DNA of 64,000 bases. Origin: the human T2T-CHM13v2.0 reference genome, Homo sapiens. Made by a program: the position numbers and the translations under genes. The DNA lies in NCBI RefSeq assembly GCF_009914755.1, contig NC_060946.1. One strand, given 5' to 3'. Positions 1 through 11,435 of this stretch are shown here, piece by piece. The notes under the pieces are model-generated. The model searched no databases. It was given only the letters and a program-made list of their open reading frames with translations, and was not told the origin of the DNA. Position 1 is the stretch's first letter, and each line of letters opens with the position of its first letter.

Positions 1-389
1 TGAGAGGGGAAAACTATTGATCACAGCAGAAAACAGAAAGTAACTTGAAAGAACATGAGTAAGAAATGGTTGGCACCTGTGTAAAATGTAAAGACTTCCC
101 GTGAGAAATGAGAAAAGTCTGGAACAAATGAAAGATGCCATAGACGCTGACATGGGGAGTGGAGGGCGAAATATCGTGAGGCCAGCTGTTCTTTCAAAAG
201 TTAATCTTTACATTTAGTAAGATTTGAATCCAGTTTCCCATGGGTTTTCAGAATTTCACAAGATGATTTTACGTTTTATCCTAGAGTGTAATTCAGTCTC
301 GGGCGTCAAAGACTTTGGAACGGAAGACTCACCCAGGTGTCCTCGTCCTGCTGGTGTAGACACGTGTGTGAACAGCAGGAGAGGAGCCG

Positions 390-545
390 TCTGGGCTCTG
401 GGCAGTGTGTGAGCGGCTCTGGGCTTTGGGGCGGCCTGCCTGGCCCAAGCCTGGGCCCCACCACTGTGACCTGCCTCAGGAGTTAACACAAGGACCATGT
501 TTGGCAAAGTCCCAGCACATAAGTAAATGCTAAAATGTTAGCTCT
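390..545 (+). mobile_element. MIR fragment
   Basis: GCTCTGGGCTTTGG...CCACCACTGTGACC and tail CAGCACATAAGTAAATGCTAAAATGTTAGC. Confidence 0.5.
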
Positions 546-929
546 TCTGACTGCTGTTTTCTGATCCACAGAAGAGGCCAAGTGAACAGCCCCGTCCTGA
601 AATGAACCCAGGTGTTCCTGAGAGGTGATACGGATGTCGTGAGCATCTCAAATCAGTGAGGATGGGACAGGGTCACCAGCAGCAGGTGCTGGGAAAATCA
701 GCTTTGGATTTGGGGAAAAACCCAAGTTGGACTCTTACCTCACACCATGTTCAAAACTAAATTCCCCTGGTATTGCAGAGTAAAGGATAAAGGAAACTCT
801 GAGATGACCAGGAGGAAGTGGAGGGGAATATTGATCTGCATGTGGCGTGAGGAAGAACGCTGCGATTGTAAACTCAATCGGAGAAATCCATGATGACAGC
901 AAACGCCTGACCCTGTGCACCTAGGCACT

Positions 930-1115
930 CAGGTAGATTAACTCATTCATTCCGACAGCTGCCCATGGGCTGCAGACTGTTCTCATCCCGTTTTACAGAT
1001 GAGGAAACGGAGGCACGGAGGTGCTAAGTAACGTCCTGAAGACCACCCACGAGCCACAGAGCTGGGATCCTACCAAGGAGCTGGGAGCTGGAGCCCCTGA
1101 TCTCCTCTAGCCACC
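930..1115 (-). mobile_element. MIR
   Basis: Core CATCCCGTTTTACAGATGAGGAAACGGAGGCAC...AAGTAAC. Confidence 0.75.
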
Positions 1116-1578
1116 CCGACTGACCTCAGAACCTCAAACGTAGGACAGTCCAGTCACATGCATGACGCTAGGAGACAGATCACAGCGTGGGGAGCAGGAG
1201 GTGGATCACAGCTGGCCAGCGTGTCTCATAACCTTGTGATAGACGCACAGTCCACAGGAAGATGGGCAAAGTCCGCAAATAGAGAATTCCCAAAATACGA
1301 AATGGAAGCAGCCAGAAAAAATGACAGAGACAGTCACTGTCAAGAAGGGCGACCAAAACACCCACACAGAGGCCACTCAGGTTCATTTGTTTTCTTTTTA
1401 TCTGATCTCCTTTTGAGCTGACTTAAAGGATGCTAATAGGAATGAAGATCCGCCAGTCTCTCTGGAAAGCAGAAAGCAGTTAGGCACTCTGTGGAGAGAA
1501 TCTGAAATTTGTACTCATGATGCTTTGGAAGACAGTTTGGCAGTGGCTGAAAATGATGGAGTTACCAAGGGAGGCAGC

Positions 1579-2375
1579 AATCGCCCTCCTAGAGTCCACA
1601 GAGTCCATCCCCCGAGGAGGAATGAGAATCACACTCCTAGAGTCCATCCCCCGCAGGAGGAATGAGAATCACACTCCTAGAGTCCAGAGTCCATCCCCCC
1701 AGGAGGAATGAGAATCGCACTCCTAGAGTCCATCCCCCGCAGGAGGAATGAGAATCACACTCCTAGAGTCCAGAGTCCATCCCCCCAGGAGGAATGAGAA
1801 TCGCACTCCTAGAGTCCAGAGTCCATCCCCCCAGGAGGAATGAGAATCGCACTCCTGGAGTCCAGAGTCCATCCCCCCAGGAGGAATGAGAATCGCACTC
1901 CTAGGGTCCCTCCCCCCAGGAGGAATGAGAATCGCACTCCTAGAGTCCATCCCCCCAGGAGGAATGAGAATCGCACTCCTAGAGTCCATCCCCCCAGGAG
2001 GAATGAGAATCGCACTCCTAGAGTCCAGAGTCCATACCCCCCAGGAGGAATGAGAATCACACTCCTGGAGTCCAGAGTCCATCCCCCCAGGAGGAATGAG
2101 AATCGCACTCCTAGGGTCCCTCCCCGCAGGAGGAATGAGAATCGCACTCCTAGAGTCCATCCCCCCAGGAGGAATGAGAATCGCACTCCTAGAGTCCATC
2201 CCCCCAGGAGGAATGAGAATCGCACTCCTAGAGTCCATCCCCCCAGGAGGAATGAGAATCGCACTCCTAGAGTCCATCCCCCCAGGAGGAGTGAGAATCG
2301 CACTCCTAGAGTCCATCCCCCCAGGAGGAATGAGAATCGCACTCCTAGGGTCCATCCCCCCAGGAGGAATGAGAA
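1579..2375. repeat. Minisatellite, 39-bp unit with 46-bp variants, about 19 copies
   Basis: Unit GAATCGCACTCCTAGAGTCCATCCCCCCAGGAGGAATGA; variants carry an extra AGAGTCC. Confidence 0.95.
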
Positions 2376-4114
2376 CATGTCCACACACAAACCTGTACAC
2401 GCCTGTTCTTAGCAGCACCGTTCCCAACAGCCAGAAAGTGGAAAGAGCCCAAGTGTCCGTCAGCGGTCCCACGGAAAAACAACCTTCATATACAGCCATG
2501 ACTGGAATATTATTCAGCCTTAAAAAGGAATGGCATTCTGATGAACCGGCAACACGGATGAACCTCGGAAACATGACGCCGAGTGAAGGAAGCCAGTCAC
2601 CGAAGTCTGCCCTGTTGGAGCCCAGTGATGTGAAACTTCCGGAACAGGCAAGGTCACAGAGGCCGAATGAAGGCCCGTGGCCGCCAGGGTCCAGGACGGA
2701 GATGGGGAGTGGTTGCTGACGGGTATGGCGTTGCTTTCGAGGAGATGAAGGTGTCCTAAAGTTGGCTGTGGTGATGGTCGCCCAACCTGGGAATTGATGC
2801 TTTAAGTGGCAAATTTTATTGTATGTGAATCATATCTCAATAAAACTGCAGCACACAGGTACTTAGGCATAGCCTGGTATTTGAGGCAGAGAGGCCCTGA
2901 CCCGTCTCTCCCCTGGTCCCCAGGGGCTCTGCTCTGACAGCACAGCAGCTGCAGGTGGGGGCTGCCCTGGCAAGACCACCATGCCCCTCTCCTGACCTCT
3001 GTTGATGTGAGGACTCTGCCCCGTGTCGAGCTCAGAGGCCAGACACCTGGCCACACAGAGAGGCCTGTCCCACCCCAAATGGCCATTTGTCCTGAACGTG
3101 GACACAGGACAAAGACCATGAGACAGGGAACCTGAGAACGTGGCTGGGCTTTGACCTTGAGCTTCAGAAGCTACTTGGCCCCCACAGCTCGAGGGCAGCG
3201 CCTGGCCTTAGGGACCCCGAGCTGCCCTAGTGGGAGGTGCTTCTGACGCTGCCTTTGAGGAGCGCCCCTGAGCCTGCCCTGCTGTCCCTGGTCCCCTCAA
3301 TGCTGTCCACCCATGAACTCGCAACTGAATGAGGCTGTGGAGCTGCAGTCGCCGAGATGCTGTGGTCGCCCCTGATGCCAGCCGGGGTCTTCTCCTGGGG
3401 CTGGGAGAGGGCACCGCACACTGTGCTGGGTGAGCCTGGGCACAGGGACAGAGCTTCAGAGCTGCACCATGGCACAGCACGGAAGGGGAAGGTTGGAAGT
3501 GGCAGAGCCACGTCCTTCACACGCCCTTCGATGTTGCCCGAGAGGTGGGCAGTTCCCAAGGCCAGTGCAGCCTCAGGGATGGAGATGCCAGCCCTGCTCC
3601 CTAGCGCTGGATGTGACTGTGGCTCCAGGTGTGAACACTGGCCCCAGGGCCTCCGCAGGGCAAATGGGCAGCCTTGTGGCCAGGGAGGGCGGCTTCCACC
3701 TCCCAGGGAGCTGCAGCCTCTGAGGTCAGAGGTGGGGTTGAGCTGGACCGAGCGTGAGATGCTGAGTGATGAGTGAGGGCCGCGGTCACTGTGCAGCCCT
3801 GTTGTGCCTCCTGCGGTTGCCTGTGTGGGGGCCTTCCCTGGGGGATGCTGTTGGGGGGGCTCTGGCCTCCTTTGGAGGACATGAGGGAGATCCTGGGTCC
3901 TCTCATTTAGAATTCAGTGAGGCTGAGTCCAGGAACCCACCTTTGGAGTGGACGGAATGGGTGGCCTGCTGCAGTGAGCCTGGCTGCCGGGGCCAAGTGT
4001 GAAATTTCCTTCTTGAGCAGGGCAGTGCCTGCAGAACTGGGAGCCGAGCACGGGGAGCCCAGCATGGGGAGGGCCTTATTGTCACTGGAGGAAAGGAGGG
4101 AAGCCCCCGGAATG

Positions 4115-4290
4115 TCTATATTGTTTTTAAAATTGAGATATAGCTCTCAGCAGTGAAACACACACATCTTAAAGGTACCACTGCGTGGATTGTGATGTCA
4201 CCAAACCCACATGGGGGCCCCCAGGTCAGACACAGAATGTCCCCTGCAGCCCAGCGGGTGTCCCAGTCAGCACTCCTCCCGGGCAGCCAC
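4115..4290 (-). mobile_element. Old L1 3'-end fragment
   Basis: TTTTTAAAATTGAGATATAG...CACACATCTTAAAGGTAC resembles an antisense L1M 3' end. Confidence 0.55.
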
Positions 4291-6859
4291 TCCTGGGCCT
4301 CTGGGCGCACAGCAAGGGAAGGTCGAAGGCCACGCCTGTGCTCCTGAGTCTCATCTCGCTGCCTCTGGCCTCTCCTGACTCCTTGTACAGAGCCCCCCAG
4401 CTCAGTCCCTCCAGGACCCTCTACTCACCCCAGTGAGGAGTGATTGCACCACAGCCTCCTCACCTGAGACCATCTGCGCCAATAATCACATTATTAAGTG
4501 AGGGAGGCCATGATGTGCACACTCCTAAACGGGTTATTTTAATTTAAGAGGTATAAAAAGCCAACATTCCCCGGGCAGGGTGTGTTAGTTTCCATGATGC
4601 ATAACCAGGCAGCCGCTGGGTCAGCCCTCAGGAGCTCCGTGTTTTTTGCCACTTGTGGCTCTGTCTTCAGTCCTGAGAGTTAATCGGCCGTCGCAGGCAG
4701 CCCGACATGGCACCTTGACCTTGCTGCTGCTCAGAATTCAGGGCCAAGATGGGACGCTGCCTTCATGGCCCAAATGCATTGTCACCGGCTCCTCCTTTCA
4801 CCACTGGATTATAAACCAAGCCACCCCTCGTATGAGCATCTCACCTGGATCCTGGTATTCGTGATTCAAAACAATGAACCTTAATGCTTTGCTCCCTTCT
4901 CCAAAAAGGAAAAATCGTGGTCTATCTGCAAAAGCAGCAGCTCCATAGAAATAGCAAACTGCAGCCCACCACTACCCCAGCACTGCTGAGAACCCTCCCC
5001 CGCACCAGGGCCCAGTTTCTGGAAGCTTCTAGGAACTTCTCAAAGACCCAAAGATAGCTATGAGGCAAAGAGAGGAAATATACCATTGGAAAGACAGAAA
5101 TATAATTTTCCCATATTTAAATTAAATATTTTTTTTTCCCAGAGAAGTATGCTAGACTATTTAACCAACCAAGAAATATGTGTTCTTACAGCTTAGCAAC
5201 TTGCAGAAAATGTTGAGACTGCGGTCTGGTTCTGTCAAAGCTAAGCGAAAGAATACACGCCTTCCTTTCCAGGGCCCTGGCACTGCCCATTCTGCTTCCT
5301 TCCCCAGCTCTCCACCTCATGGCACAGAAGGGCTGCATAGCGAATGCCTGTGCACACTAATCCCAGCCTTGGTTAGGGCGGTCTCCTGCCTTCAGCCCGA
5401 GGACACCTGCATGCAGGTGCTGTGTCCTCTGGGGTGGGTGAGTGGCCGGCACTGTAATTGCTGACACAAGGTTAGACATCTGTTGCAGCCCAGATGTGTC
5501 CAGAGGTGATAACTGATCTTCGAGCTCGCTGCTCAGGTTAACAATGACCAATAAAGGATGAAGTGTTGAGCAGATCTGGGGAGGAGCATGTGATGGCTCC
5601 GCCTGCCTCTCTGTGTTTGTCGTGGGCTTGCTTTCATTGCTTGTGGACTGGTTCTCCTGGTGCCATCCTTCCCTCTCAGAGCTGACAGCGCCTCCCCGTG
5701 CATTTGCCGTGCACAGCTCCCTTTATTCCCCGGCGCGAGGCACGATTACTCCATGGTCTATGGCAGCAATCTGGCCGTCAGGACGTTGAGTCAGCAGAAG
5801 CTCTGGGGGCCCTGCACCCTCAACTGTCCAGGACTGCAGGTCGGCTTTCTAAGTGGGAGTCTGATCGGTGTCCGGATGTGCTGATTCCTTAGAACCCACC
5901 AAGTGCCCATCCTCCTGGACACTGCTGCCCATGCCCATCCCAGCTGGCTTGTCCTTAATTAGCACAGGGAGGAGCTCACGCTGCAGGCCCCTCTCCTCCA
6001 ACCCTGGAGAGGGTGAATGGATGCTCGAGGCTTTTCCTAACAGGACCCAACAGTGACTTTGCTAACTAGGAGCCCCAAGGAGAAGCCTATACCCCACCCT
6101 GCTGGGTGTGGCCTCCCTGGCTGGGAGGACGGCAGGGCAGGAGGTGGCTGCAGGAGCGGGGGCCCTGGGGCAGACGAGCTGGTCGCAGAGCCAGCCTCCC
6201 CGCATTGGCTGCGTGGCTCTGAGGACTCACAGAGCCTCCAGACTCCGGCCCCTCCCTGTGTGTTTGCAGATAAGACACAGCAATAGCCTTCACTCTCTGG
6301 TTGCAAGGAATAGTAACCATTTCCCACTGCTTAGTGAGCAAAAGTGGGCTTACCAGGGGGGCAGGGATGGAGCTGTGCCCCGGCCTCAGTTGGCGGATCT
6401 GCCTCGTACTGTCTCCTTCCTAACGTGGAAGCACGTGGCAGCGTCGTGGCTTCAGAACCGTCTCAGCGAAGGTCCAGCACCGTCACTGGCCCACACTCTC
6501 AGCCAGGGACAGATTCCAGAGAGAGCAGATGGGCTCAGCATGTCACGTGTCCACCCCTGATGGAGATTCACACACGAGAGCCCAGCCCTGGTGTTGGGGG
6601 CAGTTCACAGAGATGTGGTGGCTGCGATGTGGCCTCGCAGGGTCTGCAGGCACCGTGCTGAGGACATGCCCCCGGCAGGCCTCACAATTGCCCTGTTCTC
6701 AGGGGAGCTCAGTGACCCCCCGCCCTCACCCCTGAGAACCCTGGGACTGTGCCAGGTAAACAGCCTTAGAAATGGCAGCAGTGATGAGAACATGGCCGCA
6801 GGTCCCATCTGCCTCCTCGCAGGGCCCCGAGTCAGCGCTCAGGGAGGCTGCGTCATCCC

Positions 6860-6922
6860 TGTAGGAAGTGGAGACCCAACGTCCCCGAGGATGTAGGAAG
6901 TGGAGACCCAGCGTCCCCGAGG
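6860..6922. repeat. 32-bp tandem duplication
   Basis: TGTAGGAAGTGGAGACCCARCGTCCCCGAGG twice. Confidence 0.9.
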
Positions 6923-7082
6923 TGCGCTCACAGCGCTGTTGTGTTGGACTCTGGGTGTTCCCACCACCCTGGCTGTGGTCCTTATCCGCACAGATGGAGA
7001 AAATGAGGCTCTGGGAAGTGAGGAGTCCGTGATTCCACCCCAGCCCCTTGGTGAGCTGCCCAGCCCAGATCCTGCCCCCCGT

Positions 7083-7205
7083 TCCCACACTGCGAAGCCG
7101 GAGTCGTCCTCACCGCTGGGTCCCACCCTGCGAAGGTGGAGCCGTCCTCACCCCTGGGTCCCTCCCTGCAAAGCTGGAACCGTCCTCACCGCTGGGTCCC
7201 ATCTG
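7083..7205. repeat. 38-bp minisatellite, about 3 copies
   Basis: TCCCACCCTGCGAAG..GGAGCCGTCCTCACCGCTGGG recurring at 7083, 7121, 7159 and 7197. Confidence 0.9.
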
Positions 7206-7351
7206 GGCACCTTGGGAGTCACCCGGCATGTTCCCCAGCACCTCCTGCGTCGGGCGTGGAGGGGAAGGTGGCGGGACTCTAGGCATTTTCTGCATGTGAA
7301 CTTCAGAGAGAGTCCTCAAGTCCCTGAGTCCACAGGTCAGCCCCTCAGCAG

Positions 7352-7713
7352 CTCTTTTGGACTGAACGGCATCCCCCAAATCTATACATTTAAGCACTGA
7401 CCCCCAGTCTGAATGTATTTGGAGATAGGGCCTTAAAGGAGAGAAGCTTAAGTGGGATCCTTGGGGTCCAGGGTCCTGATTCAAGAGAACCCTGTCTTTC
7501 TAAGAAGAGGAGGTGAGGACACAGACACACACAGGGCTGAGCCTGTGCAGACTCAGAGATGCCATCTGCACGCCGAGGAGAGGGGCCTCAGAAGCCAGCC
7601 TTGCCGCACCTGTGGATCCCAGACGTCCAGCCTCCTGGGCTGCAGACAGCGAATGTCCTTTGTTCAAGCCATCCAGTCTGGGGTACCTGGTTACAGCAGC
7701 TCCAGCAATAACA
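7352..7713 (+). mobile_element. MaLR LTR (MLT1A/B-like)
   Basis: GGACTGAA...TATTTGGAGATAGGGCC...CCAGCCTCC...TTGTTCAAGCCA...GTTACAGCAGC. Confidence 0.8.
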
Positions 7714-7859
7714 CGGCAGCCTTCTGGATGAACGCTTGTAGAAGCTGATGAGGAAGGTCGCTGTGGCTTTTCTTCTTTATTCTGAGTTATACTCTGCAAT
7801 AGAAAAAGTGCCCTGCATTCTCTCTTAGGCTGAACTCTTGAAATTAAACAGTTTTTTGT

Positions 7860-7990
7860 TAAGAACCCCATGGTTGGGGGTAAACACTGTTCCTATCCCG
7901 TGTTACAGACGGGGAAACTGGGGCTCCCAGAGGCTCCAGCTGGGAGGCTGTGGGAGGTCGGGGCACCTGCCAGGCTCTGGAGGGGTCTGG
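7860..7990 (-). mobile_element. MIR fragment
   Basis: TATCCCGTGTTACAGACGGGGAAACTGGGGCTC core. Confidence 0.6.
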
Positions 7991-8002
7991 CTGCACCGGC
8001 TC

Positions 8003-8132
8003 CCCTGCCCAACCCCACAGGCCCCCTCATCCTTCACCAGGCACAGCCCTGCCCCACCCCACAGGCCCCTCATCCTTCACCAGGCACAGCCCTGCCCCAC
8101 CCCACAGGCCCCTCATCCTTCACCAGGCACAG
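8003..8132. repeat. 43-bp minisatellite, 3 copies
   Basis: CCCTGCCCCACCCCACAGGCCCCTCATCCTTCACCAGGCACAG three times. Confidence 0.92.
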
Positions 8133-8299
8133 GTGCACGGGGCCCCTGCCAGGTTCGGGAAAAGAACTGACCCCCACGAGGATGGTCCTGGTGTTGAGAA
8201 ACCTGCTTCACAGCGGAGGACACAGACAGCAGAGTCAAGCACAGTTTTAGTCAGAGCCCACATTAACACAGCAAGAGCCCAGCCAGAGCAGGTGGGGCA

Positions 8300-8640
8300 G
8301 GAGACGGGTGGAGCGGGTGGTGCTGTGTGGCGGAGCTGGCGGCGCAGTGGAGCGGGCGTTGTGGTGGACCCGGTGGCGTGGCAGACCAGGCGACGTGGTG
8401 GACCCGGCCGCATGGTGGACCAGGCAACGTGGTAGACTGGGCAGCGTGATGGACCAGGCGACATGGTGGACCGGGCCGCATGGTGGACCAGGCAACGTGG
8501 TAGACCGGGCCACATGGTGGACCAGGCAACGTGGTAGACCGGGCAGTGTGATGGACCAGGCGACGTGGTGGGCCGGGTGGTGTGGTGAAGCCGGCAGCAC
8601 AGTGGAGCAGGCATTATGGTGGACTGGGCAGCATGGTGTA
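8300..8640. repeat. 17-bp G-rich minisatellite, about 20 degenerate copies
   Basis: Consensus approximately GTGGTGGACCAGGCAAC with alternating variants. Confidence 0.88.
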
Positions 8641-8909
8641 TTAGAAGAGGAGAGATGGCCTGGGGTGCTCAGCGGGGCTGAGTCCCCAGCTGGGAGCTCA
8701 GGTGCGATGAAGCCCAAGGGACTGACGGTGTGAGGAGGGCCCTCTGCTGCCTCCATGCAGCCCACACGCGGGGCCCCCACAGTGCGGACATGTTGGGGCA
8801 ATGCTGCCTGGCCCCGCCCTCAGCCCAGCCCTGGGACGCAGGCTCAGCAGCCCCCGGATTCCAGTCAACATCCCCAGGACTCACTCGGGTCAGGCACAGT
8901 GTCCAAGCT

Positions 8910-9417
8910 GTGTGAGTCTCCGGGAGCCGCTGGAACAAAATGCCACACACCCGGTGGCTTCAAACCATGAAACCCGTTCTCACTGTTCTGGGTCCAGACG
9001 TCTGTGGTCACAGTGTCTGCTGGGCCGTGCTCCCGCAGGAGGCAGCAGCAGAGGGTCCTCCCTGCCTCCTCCTGCCATTCTTCCGGTTCGGGGGTCCAGA
9101 CGTCTGTGGTCACGGTGTCTGCTGGGCCGTGCTCCCTTGGGAGGCTCCAGCAGAGGGTCCTCCCTGCCTCTTGCAGCCGCTGTGGCTGCGTGGCTCCCGC
9201 CTCTGTCTCTGTCTGCATGGGGCCTGCTGCTCTGTGTGTTTGCCCTGAGTCCAGATTTCCTTCTCCCTGTAAGGGAGTGGTATCCACCCTAATCTGATAC
9301 GACCCCATTCTAACTCGATCACATCTGCTAGAACCTGCTGCCAAGTAAGACCCCATGCACAGGTATGGGGTCAGGATCTTCATGTCTGTTACTGTAGAAC
9401 ACAGTTCAGCCTCAACA
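8910..9417 (-). mobile_element. MaLR LTR (MLT1C/D-like) with an internal 102-bp-period duplication
   Basis: AACAAAATGCCACACACCCGGTGGCTT...CACAGTTCAGCCTCAACA; GGGTCCAGACGTCTGTGGTCAC at 8990 and 9092. Confidence 0.8.
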
Positions 9418-10526
9418 GAGGACTAAGTCTAGTACAGCACAGTCTTCATTCCTGAGCTCATGGAGGAGGGGGAGGGCTGCCAGGTGCGTCCTCATTCCGG
9501 CGTACCACGGCCAGGAGCGGACTGTGGGGGAGCTGGGCCCCGCCGTGGGCAGCCGAGGCGCTGACGTCTCTGATGTCCAATCTGCCAGCCCAGCTGTGTT
9601 GGGGGAGCTCCTCTACCCTGAGGGAAAGAACCCTGCCTGCATTCGTCTTTGCCGCCCTCCTGAGTCAGGTGCCTTGTTTATGGCAGATGGATAAATGTTT
9701 GACAGATAAACAGATGATCCGTCCGCACATTCCTCAGCCGATGCCCCCACCTGCCCTACAGCAGCCGAGTGTTGCTTGGTGGCCTGGGGCACTGTGTCTG
9801 GCTTCAGTGATCACACCAGTCGTGATGAGTTTGGGGGATTTTACTTGTTAATTTTTCTGCGTAGTTTCAGTCCTAGGGCTGGGTTTGCCGTCGGGGAAGC
9901 TCCGAGTTGCGCCTGCCAAGGCTGTTCTGTCGAGATGGAGTCATCCCTGAACCCTGCACTTGTGCAGCCCCACGGCACGGGGGTGGCCTCGTTCCCAGAA
10001 TGTGTGTCTTCGGCCGTGAGGAAGGGGCTGGCCCTAAGGACGATGCTGGCTCCATGATGGCCCTTAGTCCCTGACATTTCTTGGTGGGATCAAGGAGACC
10101 GAGGGGAGCTCTGGGCCCTGTGCGTTGAGCATCGCTCTGTAGAGGGTGGCTGACTCAGGCTCCAAGGTGGGGGCCACAGACTGTGGTTCTCTGGTGACCC
10201 CAGATGAGGGCCACCCTTGGGCAGCTTCACCTCCTGAAAAGGAGATGTTTTTGGAGTCTCGTGAGATGAAGGCTGGAGCGGTGTGGCGAGCAGGGAAGGC
10301 CTGGAGGCATCGATACCTGGTGGCCCTCCCCAGGCCATGACCCGTGTGGTTCGTGGGATTGGAGCCGGGTCCCAGTCAAGTTGTAGAGCCCCCACTGATT
10401 CCCTCAGCCCTGCAGCCTTGGGGAAATGGGCTTTGCAGGGCACTCGGCAAAGTCGCTCTGCAGACACAGCCTCCTCGTTAGAGAGCGGTGCTAAACCTGT
10501 GTGCTCTTCCGGCGACACGGTCCTAA

Positions 10527-10951
<425 letters not shown>

Positions 10952-11041
10952 TAGCCTGTGAGGGTGTCTCAGCAGCCCTGAGCCCTGAACCCGAGTCTGC
11001 TACCCAGTCCTGGCTCTTTGGTGGAGCAGGCTCATTGCACA

Positions 11042-11435
11042 GGGCACAGCTTTGTCATCGGCAGCTGGCCTGTCCAGGGTTCACCCTGAGCATTGGCACA
11101 CACGGCTTTGTCGGCGGCGGCTGGCCTGTCCGGGGTTCACCCTGAGCATTGGCACACAACAGCTTTGTCGTCGGCGGCTGGCCTGTCCAGGGTTCACCCT
11201 GAGCATGGGCACACAACGGCTTTGTCGTCGGCGGCTGGCCTGCCCGGGGTTCACCCTGAGCATGGGCACACACGGCTTTGTCGTCGGCGGCTGGCCTGCC
11301 CGGGGTTCACCCTGAGCATGGGCACACACGGCTTTGTCGTTGGCGGCTGGCCTGTCCGGGGTTCACCCTGAGCATGGGCACACACGGCTTTGTCGTCGGC
11401 AGCTGGCCTGTCCGGGGTTCACCCTGAGCACACAC
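11042..11435. repeat. 56-57-bp CpG-rich minisatellite, about 7 copies
   Basis: GGCTTTGTCGTCGGCGGCTGGCCTGTCCGGGGTTCACCCTGAGCATGGGCACACAC. Confidence 0.95.

Larger units (their letters stand above)
1..2850 (+). mobile_element. Old L1 (L1M-type) ORF2 3' region and 3' end, interrupted by MIR-like pieces and a VNTR
   Basis: Degenerate ORF2 motifs (CTTACCTCACACCAT, CATGTCCACACACAAACCTGTACAC, GGATGAACCTCGGAAAC); 3' end TATGTGAATCATATCTCAATAAAAC. Confidence 0.75.

Noticed and set aside
1579-2375. CRISPR-like regular repeats (also 11042-11435)
   Set aside because: No unique spacers and no cas genes; eukaryotic minisatellites.
1723-2719. 190-283-aa repetitive ORFs on both strands
   Set aside because: Caused by the 39-bp (multiple of 3) VNTR inside L1.
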